64,000 nucleotides of DNA from Escherichia coli (GTDB lineage Bacteria > Pseudomonadota > Gammaproteobacteria > Enterobacterales > Enterobacteriaceae): the NCBI RefSeq assembly GCF_024223415.1, contig NZ_CP100500.1, one strand, 5' to 3'. Position numbers and translations under genes: made by a program. The notes under the pieces were generated by a model, which was given only the letters and a program-made list of their open reading frames with translations, did not search any database and was not told the origin of the DNA. The stretch's first letter is position 1. Each line of letters starts with the position of its first letter. Shown in pieces: positions 16,663 through 28,047 of the stretch.

Positions 16663-19216
16663 ACCGGTAGGCGATCTGGTCGTTGATTTAAGTCTGGATG
16701 CGGCCAGGTTTGACGAGCAGATGGCCAGAGTCAGGCGTCATTTTTCCGGTACGGAAAGTGATGCGAAAAAAACAGCGGCAGTCGTTGAACAGTCAATGAA
16801 CCGGCAGGCGCTGGCTGCACAGAAAGCGGGGATTTCCGTCGGACAGTATAAAGCCGCCATGCGTATGCTGCCTGCACAGTTCACCGACGTGGCCACACAG
16901 CTTGCAGGCGGGCAGAGTCCGTGGCTGATCCTGCTGCAACAGGGTGGTCAGGTGAAGGACTCCTTCGGCGGGATGATCCCCATGTTCAGGGGGCTTGCCG
17001 GTGCGATCACCCTGCCGATGGTCGGGGCCACCTCGCTGGCGGTGGCGACCGGTGCGCTGGCGTATGCCTGGTATCAGGGCAACTCAACCCTGTCCGATTT
17101 CAACAAAACGCTGGTCCTTTCCGGCAATCAGGCGGGACTGACGGCAGATCGTATGCTGGTCCTGTCCAGAGCCGGGCAGGCGGCAGGGCTGACGTTTAAC
17201 CAGACCAGCGAGTCACTCAGCGCACTGGTTAAGGCGGGGGTAAGCGGTGAGGCTCAGATTGCGTCCATCAGCCAGAGTGTGGCGCGTTTCTCCTCTGCAT
17301 CCGGCGTGGAGGTGGACAAGGTCGCTGAAGCCTTCGGGAAGCTGACCACAGACCCGACGTCGGGGCTGACGGCGATGGCGCGCCAGTTCCATAACGTGAC
17401 GGCGGAGCAGATTGCGTATGTTGCTCAGTTGCAGCGTTCCGGCGATGAGGCAGGGGCATTGCAGGCGGCGAACGAGGCCGCAACGAAAGGGTTTGATGAC
17501 CAGACCCGCCGCCTGAAAGAGAACATGGGCACGCTGGAAACCTGGGCAGACAGGACAGCACGGGCATTCAAATCCATGTGGGATGCGGTGCTGGATACTG
17601 GTCGTCCTGATACCGCGCAGGAGATGCTGATTAAGGCAGAGGCCGCGTTTAAGAAAGCGGACGATATCTGGAATCTGCGCAAGGATGATTATTTTGTTAA
17701 CGATGAAGCGCGGGCGCGTTACTGGGATGATCGTGAAAAGGCCCGTCTTGCGCTTGAAGCCGCCCGAAAGAAGGCTGAGCAGCAGAGTCAACAGGACAAA
17801 AATGCGCAGCAGCAGAGCGATACCGAAGCGTCACGGCTGAAATATACCGAAGAGGCGCAGAAGGCTTACGAACGCCTGCAGACACCGCTGGAGAAATATA
17901 CCGCCCGTCAGGAAGAACTGAACAAGGCACTGAAAGACGGAAAAATCCTGCAGGCAGATTACAACACGCTGATGGCGGCGGCGAAAAAGGATTATGAAGC
18001 GACGCTGAAAAAGCCGAAACAGTCCGGCGTGAAGGTGTCTGCGGGCGATCGTCAGGAAGACAGTGCTCATGCCGCCCTGCTGACGCTTCAGGCAGAACTC
18101 CGGACGCTGGAGAAGCATGCCGGAGCAAATGAGAAAATCAGCCAGCAGCGCCGGGATTTGTGGAAGGCGGAGAGTCAGTTCGCGGTACTGGAGGAGGCGG
18201 CGCAACGTCGCCAGCTGTCTGCACAGGAGAAATCCCTGCTGGCGCATAAAGATGAGACGCTGGAGTACAAACGCCAGCTGGCTGCACTTGGCGACAAGGT
18301 TACGTATCAGGAGCGCCTGAACGCGCTGGCGCAGCAGGCGGATAAATTCGCACAGCAGCAACGGGCAAAACGGGCCGCCATTGATGCGAAAAGCCGGGGG
18401 CTGACTGACCGGCAGACAGAACGGGAAGCCACGGAACAGCGCCTGAAGGAACAGTATGGCGATAATCCGCTGGCGCTGAATAACGTCATGTCAGAGCAGA
18501 AAAAGACCTGGGCGGCTGAAGACCAGCTTCGCGGGAACTGGATGGCAGGCCTGAAGTCCGGCTGGAGTGAGTGGGAAGAGAGCGCCACGGACAGTATGTC
18601 GCAGGTAAAAAGTGCAGCCACGCAGACCTTTGATGGAATTGCACAGAATATGGCGGCGATGCTGACCGGCAGTGAGCAGAACTGGCGCAGCTTCACCCGT
18701 TCCGTGCTGTCCATGATGACAGAAATTCTGCTTAAGCAGGCAATGGTGGGGATTGTCGGGAGTATCGGCAGCGTCATTGGCGGTGCTGCCGGTGGTGGCG
18801 CATCAGTGTCAGGCGGTACAGCCATTCAGGCTGCTGCGGCAAAATTCCATTTTGCGACCGGGGGATTTACGGGAACCGGCGGCAAATATGAGCCAGCGGG
18901 GATTGTTCACCGTGGTGAGTTTGTCTTCACGAAGGAGGCAACCAGCCGGATTGGCGTGGGAAATCTCTACCGGCTGATGCGCGGCTATGCCACTGGTGGT
19001 TATGTCGGTGGCACCGGAAGTCCGGCACAAATGCGGCGTTCAGAGGGTATCAGGTTTGAGCAGAACAACAACGTGGTGATTCAGAACGACGGTACGAATG
19101 GTCTGCCAGGTCCACAGATGCTGAAGGCGGTGTATGACATGGCCCGCAAGGGTGCCCGTGATGAAATTCAGACACAGATGCGTGATGGTGGTCTGTTCTC
19201 CGGAGGTGGACGATGA
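16655..19216 (+). CDS. H: Tape measure protein gpH
   Basis: 853 aa, coiled-coil rich, with a Gly-rich C-terminal region, in the lambda position. Confidence 0.95.
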   Translation: MAEPVGDLVVDLSLDAARFDEQMARVRRHFSGTESDAKKTAAVVEQSMNRQALAAQKAGISVGQYKAAMRMLPAQFTDVATQLAGGQSPWLILLQQGGQVKDSFGGMIPMFRGLAGAITLPMVGATSLAVATGALAYAWYQGNSTLSDFNKTLVLSGNQAGLTADRMLVLSRAGQAAGLTFNQTSESLSALVKAGVSGEAQIASISQSVARFSSASGVEVDKVAEAFGKLTTDPTSGLTAMARQFHNVTAEQIAYVAQLQRSGDEAGALQAANEAATKGFDDQTRRLKENMGTLETWADRTARAFKSMWDAVLDTGRPDTAQEMLIKAEAAFKKADDIWNLRKDDYFVNDEARARYWDDREKARLALEAARKKAEQQSQQDKNAQQQSDTEASRLKYTEEAQKAYERLQTPLEKYTARQEELNKALKDGKILQADYNTLMAAAKKDYEATLKKPKQSGVKVSAGDRQEDSAHAALLTLQAELRTLEKHAGANEKISQQRRDLWKAESQFAVLEEAAQRRQLSAQEKSLLAHKDETLEYKRQLAALGDKVTYQERLNALAQQADKFAQQQRAKRAAIDAKSRGLTDRQTEREATEQRLKEQYGDNPLALNNVMSEQKKTWAAEDQLRGNWMAGLKSGWSEWEESATDSMSQVKSAATQTFDGIAQNMAAMLTGSEQNWRSFTRSVLSMMTEILLKQAMVGIVGSIGSVIGGAAGGGASVSGGTAIQAAAAKFHFATGGFTGTGGKYEPAGIVHRGEFVFTKEATSRIGVGNLYRLMRGYATGGYVGGTGSPAQMRRSEGIRFEQNNNVVIQNDGTNGLPGPQMLKAVYDMARKGARDEIQTQMRDGGLFSGGGR

Positions 19217-19542
19217 AAACCTTCCGCTGGAAAGTGAAACCCGGTATGGATGTGGCTTCGGTCCCTTCTGTAAGAAAGGTGCGCTTTGGTGATGGCTATT
19301 CCCAGCGAGCGCCTGCCGGGCTGAATGCCAACCTGAAAACGTACAGCGTGACGCTTTCTGTCCCCCGTGAGGAGGCCACGGTACTGGAGTCGTTTCTGGA
19401 AGAGCACGGGGGCTGGAAATCCTTTCTGTGGACGCCGCCTTATGAGTGGCGGCAGATAAAGGTGACCTGCGCAAAATGGTCGTCGCGGGTCAGTATGCTG
19501 CGTGTTGAGTTCAGCGCAGAGTTTGAACAGGTGGTGAACTGA
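19213..19542 (+). CDS. M: Minor tail protein gpM
   Basis: 109 aa in the lambda order, overlapping the H stop. Confidence 0.9.
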   Translation: MKTFRWKVKPGMDVASVPSVRKVRFGDGYSQRAPAGLNANLKTYSVTLSVPREEATVLESFLEEHGGWKSFLWTPPYEWRQIKVTCAKWSSRVSMLRVEFSAEFEQVVN

Positions 19543-20240
19543 TGCAGGATATCCGGCAGGAAACACTGAATGAATGCACCCGTGCGGAGCAGTCGGCCAG
19601 CGTGGTGCTCTGGGAAATCGATCTGACAGAGGTCGGTGGAGAACGTTATTTTTTCTGTAATGAGCAGAACGAAAAAGGTGAGCCGGTCACCTGGCAGGGG
19701 CGACAGTATCAGCCGTATCCCATTCAGGGGAGTGGTTTTGAACTGAATGGCAAAGGCACCAGTACGCGCCCCACGCTGACGGTTTCTAACCTGTACGGTA
19801 TGGTCACCGGTATGGTGGAAGATATGCAGAGTCTGGTCGGCGGAACGGTGGTCCGGCGTAAAGTTTATGCCCGTTTTCTGGATGCGGTGAACTTCGTCAA
19901 CGGAAACAGTGACGCCGATCCGGAGCAGGAGGTTATCAGCCGCTGGCGCATCGAGCAGTGCAGTGATTTGACAGCGGTCAGCGCGACCTTTGTACTGGCC
20001 ACGCCGACGGAAACGGACGGCGCTGTTTTTCCGGGACGTATCATGCTGGCCAACACCTGCACCTGGACCTATCGCGGCGATGAGTGCGGTTATAGCGGTC
20101 CGGCTGTCGCGGATGAATATGACCAGCCAACGTCCGATATCACGAAGGATAAATGCAGCAAATGCCTGAGTGGCTGTAAGTTCCGCAATAACGTCGGCAA
20201 CTTTGGCGGTTTTCTTTCCATTCACAAACTTTCGCAGTAA
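19542..20240 (+). CDS. L: Minor tail protein gpL
   Basis: 232 aa with a C-terminal Cys cluster (CTWTYRGDECGY..CSKCLSGC), as in lambda L. Confidence 0.9.
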   Translation: MQDIRQETLNECTRAEQSASVVLWEIDLTEVGGERYFFCNEQNEKGEPVTWQGRQYQPYPIQGSGFELNGKGTSTRPTLTVSNLYGMVTGMVEDMQSLVGGTVVRRKVYARFLDAVNFVNGNSDADPEQEVISRWRIEQCSDLTAVSATFVLATPTETDGAVFPGRIMLANTCTWTYRGDECGYSGPAVADEYDQPTSDITKDKCSKCLSGCKFRNNVGNFGGFLSIHKLSQ

Positions 20241-20244
20241 TTCC

Positions 20245-20988
20245 ATGACAGAGACAGAATCAGCGATTCTGGCGCACGCCCGGCGATGTGCGCCAGCGGA
20301 GTCGTGCGGCTTCGTGGTGAGAGCGCCGGAGGGGGAAAGATATTTCCCCTGCGTGAATATCTCCGGTGAGCCGGAGGCGTATTTCCGGATGTCGCCGGAG
20401 GACTGGCTGCAGGCAGAGATGCAGGGTGAGATTGTGGCGCTGGTCCACAGTCACCCCGGTGGTCTGCCCTGGCTGAGTGAGGCCGACCGGCGGCTGCAGG
20501 TGCAGAGTGATTTGCCGTGGTGGCTGGTCTGCCGGGGGGCGATTCACAAGTTCCGCTGTGTGCCGCATCTCACCGGGCGGTGCTTTGAGCACGGGGTGAC
20601 GGACTGTTACACGCTGTTCCGGGATGCTTACCATCTGGCGGGAATTGAGATGCCGGATTTTCATCGCGGGGATGACTGGTGGCGTAACGGTCAGAATCTC
20701 TATCTTGACAATATGGAGGCGACTGGTTTTTACCGTGTCGCACTGACAGAGGCGCAGCCCGGCGACGTGCTGCTGTGCTGTTTTGGTTCATCGGTGCCGA
20801 ATCATGCCGCCATTTACTGCGGCGACGGCGGGCTGCTGCACCATATTCCTGAACAACTGAGCAAACGAGAGAGGTATACCGACAAATGGCAGCGACGCAC
20901 ACACTCCCTCTGGCGTCACCGGGCATGGCACGCATCTGCCTTTACGGGGATTTGCAACGATTTGGCCGCCGCATCGACCTTCGTGTGA
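20245..20988 (+). CDS. K: Tail tip protein gpK (JAB/MPN + NlpC/P60-like)
   Basis: MTETESAILAHARRCAPAESCGFVV...HSHPGG... is nearly identical to recalled lambda K. Confidence 0.9.
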   Translation: MTETESAILAHARRCAPAESCGFVVRAPEGERYFPCVNISGEPEAYFRMSPEDWLQAEMQGEIVALVHSHPGGLPWLSEADRRLQVQSDLPWWLVCRGAIHKFRCVPHLTGRCFEHGVTDCYTLFRDAYHLAGIEMPDFHRGDDWWRNGQNLYLDNMEATGFYRVALTEAQPGDVLLCCFGSSVPNHAAIYCGDGGLLHHIPEQLSKRERYTDKWQRRTHSLWRHRAWHASAFTGICNDLAAASTFV

Positions 20989-21533
20989 AAACGGGAGCCG
21001 AAGCCATCCGGGCGCTGGCCACGCAGCTCCCTGCGTTTCGTCAGAAACTGAGCGACGGCTGGTATCAGGTGCGTATTGCCGGGCGTGATACAGGCGAAAA
21101 CGAATTATCAGCCCGTCTTAATGAACCGCTGGCAAATGGTGCCGTGATCCACATCGTGCCGCGTCTGGCGGGAGCCAAACGTGGTGGTGTGTTTCAGGCA
21201 GTGCTGGGCGCGGCGCTGATTGCGGTGGCATGGTGGAACCCTGCAGGCTGGCTGGGGGCTGCGGCTTTATCGGGCATGTATGCGGCAGGGGCCAGTATGG
21301 TGCTCGGTGGTGTGGCGCAGATGCTGGCACCGAAAGCCAAAACCCCCCGCACACAGACAACGGATAACGGCAAACAGAACACCTATTTTTCTTCACTGGA
21401 TAACATGGTTGCCCAGGGGAATGCTCTGCCCGTTCTGTACGGTGAAATGCGCGTGGGGTCACGGGTAATTTCGCAGGAGATCAGCACAGCGGATGAGGGG
21501 GATGGCGTCCGGGTTGTGGTGATTGGTCGCTGA
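20886..21533 (+). CDS. I: Tail assembly protein gpI
   Basis: MAATHTLPLASPGMARICLYGDLQRFGRRIDLRV matches lambda I and overlaps the K 3' end, as in lambda. Confidence 0.9.
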   Translation: MAATHTLPLASPGMARICLYGDLQRFGRRIDLRVKTGAEAIRALATQLPAFRQKLSDGWYQVRIAGRDTGENELSARLNEPLANGAVIHIVPRLAGAKRGGVFQAVLGAALIAVAWWNPAGWLGAAALSGMYAAGASMVLGGVAQMLAPKAKTPRTQTTDNGKQNTYFSSLDNMVAQGNALPVLYGEMRVGSRVISQEISTADEGDGVRVVVIGR

Positions 21534-21551
21534 TGAAAAACGTTTTATGTG

Positions 21552-21575
21552 AAACCGCCTCCGGGCGGTTTTGTC
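21552..21575 (+). terminator. Hairpin with U-rich tail between I and J
   Basis: AAACCGCC-TCCG-GGCGGTTT then TGTCGTTT. Confidence 0.45.
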
Positions 21576-21593
21576 GTTTATGGAGCGTGAGGA

Positions 21594-24500
21594 ATGGGTA
21601 AAGGCAGCAGTAAGGGGCATACCCCGCGCGAAGCGAAGGACAACCTGAAGTCCACGCAGTTGCTGAGTGTGATCGATGTCATCAGCGAAGGGCCGATACA
21701 AGGACCGGTGGATGGATTAAAAAGCGTGCTGCTGAACGGTACGCCGGTGCTGGACAGTGAGGGGAATACCAATATATCCGGCGTCACGGTGGTATTCCGG
21801 GCCGGTGAGCAGGAGCAGACGCCGCCGGAGGGATTTGAATCCTCCGGCTCCGAGACGGTGCTGGGTACGGAAGTGAAGTACGACACGCCGATTACCCGGA
21901 CCATCACGTCGGCAAACATCGACCGTCTGCGCCTGACCTTCGGTGTGCAGGCACTGGTGGAAACCACCTCAAAGGGGGACCGGAATCCGTCGGAAGTCCG
22001 CCTGCTGGTTCAGATACAGCGTAACGGTCGCTGGTTAACGGAAAAAGACATCACCATTAAGGGCAAAACCACTTCACAGTATCTGGCTTCGGTGGTGGTG
22101 GATAACCTGCCGCCGCGCCCGTTCAGTATCCGGATGCGCAGGATGACACCGGACAGCACCACAGACCAGCTGCAGAACAAAACGCTCTGGTCGTCATACA
22201 CCGAAATCATCGATGTGAAACAGTGCTACCCGAACACGGCACTGGTCGGTGTGCAGGTGGATTCGGAGGAGTTCGGCAGCCAGCAGGTGAGCCGTAATTA
22301 TCATTTTCGCGGGCGCATTCTGCAGGTGCCGTCGAACTATAACCCGCAGACGCGGCAATACAGCGGTATCTGGGACGGAACGTTTAAACCGGCATACAGC
22401 GATAACCCGGCCTGGTGTCTGTGGGATATGCTGACCCACCCGCGCTACGGCATGGGGAAACGTGTTGGCGCAGCGGATGTGGACAAATGGGCGCTGTATG
22501 TCATCGGCCAGTACTGCGACCAGTCGGTGCCGGACGGCTCTGGTGGCACGGAGCCGCGCATCACCTGTAATGCCTGGCTGACCAGGCAGCGTAAGGCGTG
22601 GGATGTGCTCAGTGATTTCTGCTCGGCGATGCGCTGTATGCCGGTATGGAACGGGCAGACGCTGACGTTCGTGCAGGACCGACCGTCGGATAAGGTGTGG
22701 ACCTATAACCGCAGTAATGTGGTGATGCCGGATGATGGCGCGCCGTTCCGCTACAGCTTCAGCGCCCTGAAGGACCGCCATAATGCCGTTGAGGTGAACT
22801 GGAGTGACCCGGATAACGGCCAGGAGACGGCGACAGAGCTTGTGGAGGACACGCAGGCCATTGCCCGTTACGGTCGTAACGTCACGAAGATGGATGCCTT
22901 TGGCTGTACCAGCCGGGGGCAGGCACACCGCGCCGGGCTGTGGCTGATTAAAACGGAGCTGCTGGAAACGCAGACCGTGGACTTCAGCGTGGGTGCCGAA
23001 GGGCTTCGCCATGTGCCGGGCGATGTCATTGAAATCTGTGATGATGACTATGCCGGTATCAGCACCGGTGGGCGCGTGCTGGCGGTGAACAGCCAGACCC
23101 GGACGCTGACGCTCGATCGTGAAATCACGCTGCCATCCTCCGGTACCACGCTGATAAGCCTGGTTGACGGAAGTGGCAATCCGGTCAGCGTGGAGGTTCA
23201 GTCCGTCACTGACGGCGTGAAGGTGAAAGTGAGCAGTGTTCCTGACGGCGTTGCTGAATACAGCGTGTGGGGGCTGAAGCTGCCGACGCTGCGCCAGCGC
23301 CTGTTCCGCTGCGTGAGTATCCGTGAGAACGACGACGGCACGTATGCCATCACTGCCGTGCAGCATGTACCGGAAAAAGAGGCCATCGTGGATAACGGGG
23401 CGCACTTTGACGGCGACCAGAGCGGAACGGTGAATGGTGTCACGCCGCCAGCGGTGCAGCACCTGACCGCAGAAGTCACCGCAGACAGCGGGGAATATCA
23501 GGTGCTGGCGCGCTGGGACACGCCGAAGGTGGTGAAGGGCGTGAGCTTCCTGCTTCGCCTGACCGTGGCAGCGGATGACGGCAGTGAGCGGCTGGTCAGC
23601 ACGGCCCGGACGACGGAAACCACATACCGCTTCAGGCAACTGGCGCTGGGGCGTTACACGCTGACGGTCCGGGCGGTAAATGCCCGGGGGCAGCAGGGAG
23701 ACCCGGCGTCGGTATCGTTCCGGATTGCCGCACCGGCAGCGCCGTCGCGGATTGAGCTGACGCCGGGCTATTTTCAGATAACCGCCACGCCGCATCTTGC
23801 GGTTTACGATCCGACGGTACAGTTTGAGTTCTGGTTTTCGGAAAAGCGGATTACCGATATCAGGCAGGTTGAAACCACAGCCCGTTATCTTGGTACCGGA
23901 AGGCAGTGGCTTGTCTCCGGCCAGAATATTAAACCTGGCCATGATTATTACTTTTATATCCGCAGTGTTAACACTGTCGGTAAATCGGCATTCGTGGAGG
24001 CAGTCGGTCGGGCGAGTAATGATCCTGCCGGTTACCTTAATTTTTTCAGGGGGGCGATAAATAAAACGCATCTGGGACGGGAGATCAATGAACGCATTGA
24101 TGCCTCTGCACGGCGCACTGAAGTTGAGCAACTGGAGAATGCGATTAACCGCGAAATGACGCAGCTGGAGAAAGATGTGAGGCAGCGTGCGGAGCGTGAT
24201 ATCGCAGAGGTGACGAAAAAAATCACGGCGTCTGAAAACAGCATAACGGAACTGGTGGCGAAAAAGAGCGGTGAACAGTCAATGGCCATTGCGGAAGTTG
24301 ACAGAAAAGTTGACAGGATGGGAAGCGAAATCCGGCAGACAGTAAGCAGGAGCACGGAGGAGAACAGCCGACAGATAGCGCAGATCAGACAGTATGTTGA
24401 TGATAAGGGAAGTCAGATCACACAGAGCACGGATAAAAAACTGGGATCCTGGAATGCCAGCATTGAGCAGATACAGAAAGTTCAGGAGGACACGCGCCGG

Positions 24501-25325
24501 AACCTGAACAGCATGTGGGCTGTGAAGCTGCAGCAGACACGGGATGGACGTCTCTATATTGCAGGTATTGGTGCCGGAATCGAAAATACGTCTGACGGAA
24601 TTCAGAGTCAGATCCTGATGCAGGCAGATCGTATTGCGATGATTAACCCGGAAAATGGCAATACAACACCTTTGTTTGTAGCTCAGGGTGATCAGCTGTT
24701 CATGAATGATGTTTTCATGAAGCGACTGTTTGCGGTGAGTATCACCTCATCCGGCAATCCCCCGGCATTTTCCCTGACACCGGACGGGCGTCTGACGGCG
24801 AAAAATGTCGATATCAGTGGTAACGTGAATGCGAATTCGGGCTCGCTCAACAACGTCACGATTAACGAGAACTGTCGGGTTCTGGGAAAACTGTCTGCAA
24901 ACCAGATTGAAGGCGATCTCGTTAAAACAGTGGGTAAGGCTTTCCCCCGTGACTCCCGTGCACCGGAGACGTGGCCATCAGGGACCATTACCGTCAGGGT
25001 TTATGACGATCAGCCGTTTGACCGGCAAATTGTTATTCCAGCGGTGGCTTTCAGGGGGGCCAGACATCCGCGGAAGGATAAGGAGCCTTATTCGTCATGC
25101 CGCCTGATAGTGAAGAAAAACGGGGCTGAAATTTATAACCGAACGGCTCTGGATAATACGCTGATATACACGGGTGTTATTGATATGCCTGCAGGCAGTG
25201 GCGTAATGACACTGGAGTTTTCGGTATCAGCATGGTGGGTAAATGGCTGGTATCCCTCAGCAAGTATCAGCGATTTGCTGGTTGTTGTGATGAAGAAAGC
25301 CACTGCAGGCATCACGATTAGCTGA
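21594..25325 (+). CDS. J: Tail tip / host-specificity protein J-like (1243 aa)
   Basis: The N-terminal ~800 aa are collinear with recalled lambda J ([22 protein letters not shown]...). The C-terminal ~420 aa contain a coiled-coil stretch and a distinct distal domain. Confidence 0.9.
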   Translation: MGKGSSKGHTPREAKDNLKSTQLLSVIDVISEGPIQGPVDGLKSVLLNGTPVLDSEGNTNISGVTVVFRAGEQEQTPPEGFESSGSETVLGTEVKYDTPITRTITSANIDRLRLTFGVQALVETTSKGDRNPSEVRLLVQIQRNGRWLTEKDITIKGKTTSQYLASVVVDNLPPRPFSIRMRRMTPDSTTDQLQNKTLWSSYTEIIDVKQCYPNTALVGVQVDSEEFGSQQVSRNYHFRGRILQVPSNYNPQTRQYSGIWDGTFKPAYSDNPAWCLWDMLTHPRYGMGKRVGAADVDKWALYVIGQYCDQSVPDGSGGTEPRITCNAWLTRQRKAWDVLSDFCSAMRCMPVWNGQTLTFVQDRPSDKVWTYNRSNVVMPDDGAPFRYSFSALKDRHNAVEVNWSDPDNGQETATELVEDTQAIARYGRNVTKMDAFGCTSRGQAHRAGLWLIKTELLETQTVDFSVGAEGLRHVPGDVIEICDDDYAGISTGGRVLAVNSQTRTLTLDREITLPSSGTTLISLVDGSGNPVSVEVQSVTDGVKVKVSSVPDGVAEYSVWGLKLPTLRQRLFRCVSIRENDDGTYAITAVQHVPEKEAIVDNGAHFDGDQSGTVNGVTPPAVQHLTAEVTADSGEYQVLARWDTPKVVKGVSFLLRLTVAADDGSERLVSTARTTETTYRFRQLALGRYTLTVRAVNARGQQGDPASVSFRIAAPAAPSRIELTPGYFQITATPHLAVYDPTVQFEFWFSEKRITDIRQVETTARYLGTGRQWLVSGQNIKPGHDYYFYIRSVNTVGKSAFVEAVGRASNDPAGYLNFFRGAINKTHLGREINERIDASARRTEVEQLENAINREMTQLEKDVRQRAERDIAEVTKKITASENSITELVAKKSGEQSMAIAEVDRKVDRMGSEIRQTVSRSTEENSRQIAQIRQYVDDKGSQITQSTDKKLGSWNASIEQIQKVQEDTRRNLNSMWAVKLQQTRDGRLYIAGIGAGIENTSDGIQSQILMQADRIAMINPENGNTTPLFVAQGDQLFMNDVFMKRLFAVSITSSGNPPAFSLTPDGRLTAKNVDISGNVNANSGSLNNVTINENCRVLGKLSANQIEGDLVKTVGKAFPRDSRAPETWPSGTITVRVYDDQPFDRQIVIPAVAFRGARHPRKDKEPYSSCRLIVKKNGAEIYNRTALDNTLIYTGVIDMPAGSGVMTLEFSVSAWWVNGWYPSASISDLLVVVMKKATAGITIS

Positions 25326-25343
25326 ATTTTATAACCCAGATAC

Positions 25344-25369
25344 GGGCGCCAGAAATGGCGCCTTTTTTA
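25344..25369 (+). terminator. Intrinsic terminator after J
   Basis: GGCGCC-AGAAAT-GGCGCC then TTTTTTAT. Confidence 0.7.
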
Positions 25370-25383
25370 TTTGTGGAGCGAGT

Positions 25384-27198
25384 ATGGCGGCTGTAAAAAT
25401 TTCAGGCGTGCTGAGGGACGGAACCGGAAAACCGGTACCGGGATGCATTATTGAGCTGAAAGCGAAGAGAACCAGCGAGACAGTCATCGCCACGACAGTG
25501 GCTTATGGCATGCCGGAAGAGACGGGGAGTTACAGTATGGATGTGGAGCCAGGAATATACAGGGTGACACTCAATACAGAAGGTTACCGTCCTTCGTATG
25601 TGGGAGATATCGTGGTCAGGGAGGATTCTTCACCGGGAACACTGAATAAATTTCTGATGGAGATGGAAGATGCTCCTTATTATCCGAAGGCGTTGTCAGA
25701 GCTGGAGGCTGTGGTGCAGTCCATACTGCACAGAGCAGAGTCCGCGGCATCTGAGGCGGAGGAAGCCCGGAAACGAGCTGCATCTGCCCGGGGACCACGA
25801 GGAGAGAAAGGGGATACTGGTGCTCGTGGTGAAAGAGGCATTACCGGGCCACAGGGGCCAAAAGGTGAAACAGGAGCACGTGGCCCGGCAGGACCACAGG
25901 GACCAAAAGGTGAAACAGGTGAACGCGGTCCGGCAGGTCCACAGGGACTAAAGGGCGATACAGGTGAACGCGGCCCGGCAGGTCCACAGGGACCAAAGGG
26001 TGAAACAGGTGCACGCGGCCCGGCAGGTCCACAGGGAGCAAAGGGCGAAACAGGTGAACGCGGCCCGGCAGGTCCACAGGGAGCAAAGGGCGAAACAGGT
26101 GCACGTGGTCCGGAAGGCCCTCAGGGTCTGAAGGGAGAAAAGGGTGAGCGAGGAGAAAAAGGCCCTAAGGGGGATAAAGGAGATCCGGGAGGTCCACAGG
26201 GACCAAAGGGGGATACAGGTGAACGCGGCCCGGCAGGTCCACAGGGATCAAAGGGCGATACAGGTGAACGTGGCCCGGCAGGTCCTCAGGGACCAAAGGG
26301 GGATACAGGTGAACGTGGCCCGGAAGGTCCACAGGGAGCAAAGGGTGAAACAGGTGAACGCGGCCCGGCAGGACCACAGGGACCAAAAGGTGAAACAGGT
26401 GAACGCGGTCCGACAGGTCCACAGGGAGCAAAAGGTGAAACAGGAGCACGCGGTCCGGCAGGTCCTCAGGGACCAAGAGGAGAGTCAGCCCGTGGACAAC
26501 TGCTGAATGGTGATCTGAACCGACTGGGACGAGTGACCGATCAGGGTGATTATTATCAGCCATCAGACAGTGGGGCTACACGAGAAAATAATTATCCGAT
26601 TCAGAGAGCGGGTTATCTTCAGGTAAGAGTTGGTGCATGGGGATATTGCCAGCATGAATATACAACCTGGAACCCACCACGAAAGTTCGTAAGAACTGTT
26701 ACTGGTAATTTTACCGGTAATGGCCCCTGGTCTGAATGGAAAGAGCTGGGAGCCCAGGGGGAGCGTGGTCCACAGGGACCAAAAGGTGAAACAGGTGCAC
26801 GCGGTCCGGCAGGTCCACAGGGGCCAAGAGGGTATACAGGTGAACGCGGGCAGACAGGTCTACAGGGGCCAAGAGGGTATACAGGTGAACGCGGTCCGGC
26901 AGGTCCACAGGGGCCAAGAGGAGAAGCGGGGCGGCCAGCGAGCGTCGGAAGTGTTTATTCCGTGGGGTCTTATGTTCTGGGGATCATAGAACGAAATCAT
27001 GAGATAACAAATACCCGTCAAATACCCGGGTATCGTATCAGACAGGCCGTTATTGTGTCGTCGTCATCGGATAAACTTACAGATATCCGCTTTTTATTTG
27101 GCAATCCTATGCTTGGTACATGGATGTTATGCACAACTAACATGACGGTGAATAATATCATTGGGACGATTTGGGGCCTGTTTCAGAGAATACGGTGA
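25384..27198 (+). CDS. Side tail fibre with collagen-like Gly-X-Y repeats
   Basis: 604 aa. The N-terminal ~90 aa resemble the recalled prophage tail-fibre N-terminal domain. GXY blocks cover aa 137-367 and 456-518, followed by a non-repetitive C-terminal domain. Confidence 0.85.
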   Translation: MAAVKISGVLRDGTGKPVPGCIIELKAKRTSETVIATTVAYGMPEETGSYSMDVEPGIYRVTLNTEGYRPSYVGDIVVREDSSPGTLNKFLMEMEDAPYYPKALSELEAVVQSILHRAESAASEAEEARKRAASARGPRGEKGDTGARGERGITGPQGPKGETGARGPAGPQGPKGETGERGPAGPQGLKGDTGERGPAGPQGPKGETGARGPAGPQGAKGETGERGPAGPQGAKGETGARGPEGPQGLKGEKGERGEKGPKGDKGDPGGPQGPKGDTGERGPAGPQGSKGDTGERGPAGPQGPKGDTGERGPEGPQGAKGETGERGPAGPQGPKGETGERGPTGPQGAKGETGARGPAGPQGPRGESARGQLLNGDLNRLGRVTDQGDYYQPSDSGATRENNYPIQRAGYLQVRVGAWGYCQHEYTTWNPPRKFVRTVTGNFTGNGPWSEWKELGAQGERGPQGPKGETGARGPAGPQGPRGYTGERGQTGLQGPRGYTGERGPAGPQGPRGEAGRPASVGSVYSVGSYVLGIIERNHEITNTRQIPGYRIRQAVIVSSSSDKLTDIRFLFGNPMLGTWMLCTTNMTVNNIIGTIWGLFQRIR

Positions 27199-27212
27199 CA
27201 GGGGAGAAATGA

Positions 27213-27788
27213 ATGAAGGTCGATAAAATCACGTCACCAGTGTGGGCTGACAGGGGTCATACGACCATAAACTGTATAGTGAAGTTTTCAGACGCGGAAA
27301 CAGAATGTGTATTTACAGCAAGTGCGGATGATCCTGAGTCTTACGGTCGTGAAATATTTGAAGCCTGCATAAGAGGTGATGCAGGGCCGGTAGGTGAGTA
27401 CCGGGCAAATGATGATATGGCTGTGGAAGAAGCACGCAGGATGAAAAACGCGGAGATAAATGCCTGGCGTGATGCGATGGAGGCGTCAGGGTATGTTTTT
27501 GAGCACAGAGGACGGAAATGGGATTATGGAAAGGAAACCATGACACGTCTTGGAATGTCGGCATCAGCGGCCAGAGGCGGTGTGTTGCCGGAAGGATTTT
27601 TCTGGACGGACGCAGAGAATAATGATGTACCGATGACGGCAGATGAACTGATATCCCTGAGTGATGCTGCTGGTAAAGCGATGTTCAGGAAAGGCCTTGA
27701 AATACATATAAGGCAAAGGGAGATGAAAAAGGCAATAGCAGAACTGAGTGACAGTGAAACCATTCTGGCGTACAGGGTTGGATGGTGA
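27213..27788 (+). CDS. Putative tail-fibre accessory/assembly protein (DUF4376-like by recollection)
   Basis: 191-aa ORF 15 nt after the fibre gene, preceded by GGGGAGAAATGA. The function is inferred from position only. Confidence 0.5.
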   Translation: MKVDKITSPVWADRGHTTINCIVKFSDAETECVFTASADDPESYGREIFEACIRGDAGPVGEYRANDDMAVEEARRMKNAEINAWRDAMEASGYVFEHRGRKWDYGKETMTRLGMSASAARGGVLPEGFFWTDAENNDVPMTADELISLSDAAGKAMFRKGLEIHIRQREMKKAIAELSDSETILAYRVGW

Positions 27789-27794
27789 AACTGA

Positions 27795-27828
27795 TAAAAA
27801 AACCCCTCTGAAAATTCTGTCAGAGGGG
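27795..27828 (-). terminator. Intrinsic terminator oriented for minus-strand transcripts
   Basis: 8-bp stem CCCCTCTG/CAGAGGGG. The T-run (complement of AAAAAAA at 27796-27802) follows the hairpin only on the minus strand. Confidence 0.6.
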
Positions 27829-28013
27829 GGCAAGGATCTATATTTATTATGCAGTAATGCTTTCACTCCGGTAATTAATTTCCGTGATTAACTGCTTTCG
27901 ATCAATAAAGGAATTGCAAAAAGGTGATCTTGTTCACGACATCGTGGATGATAATATGCCTGATGTCTGAATCCGGAAACAGTGATCTGGCGGGTTTCAT
28001 GTGAAGTTGACGG

Positions 28014-28047
28014 ATAAAAAAATCCGCACGACCAGACAGACGTGCGG
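28014..28047 (-). terminator. Second minus-strand intrinsic terminator
   Basis: 7-bp stem CCGCACG/CGTGCGG with a 10-nt loop. Seven T follow on the minus strand, but only three on the plus strand. Confidence 0.6.

Noticed and set aside
22194-24131. 645-aa ORF on the minus strand inside the J gene.
   Set aside because: It is entirely antisense to a gene with strong lambda J homology. It has an Arg/His/Pro-rich composition with no recognisable domains, which is typical of a stop-poor antisense frame in GC-rich coding DNA.
25792-26937. Regularly spaced near-identical 45-bp repeats that could superficially suggest a CRISPR array or satellite DNA.
   Set aside because: The repeats are contiguous with no unique spacers. 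They are in frame and encode Gly-X-Y collagen triplets inside a 604-aa tail-fibre ORF.
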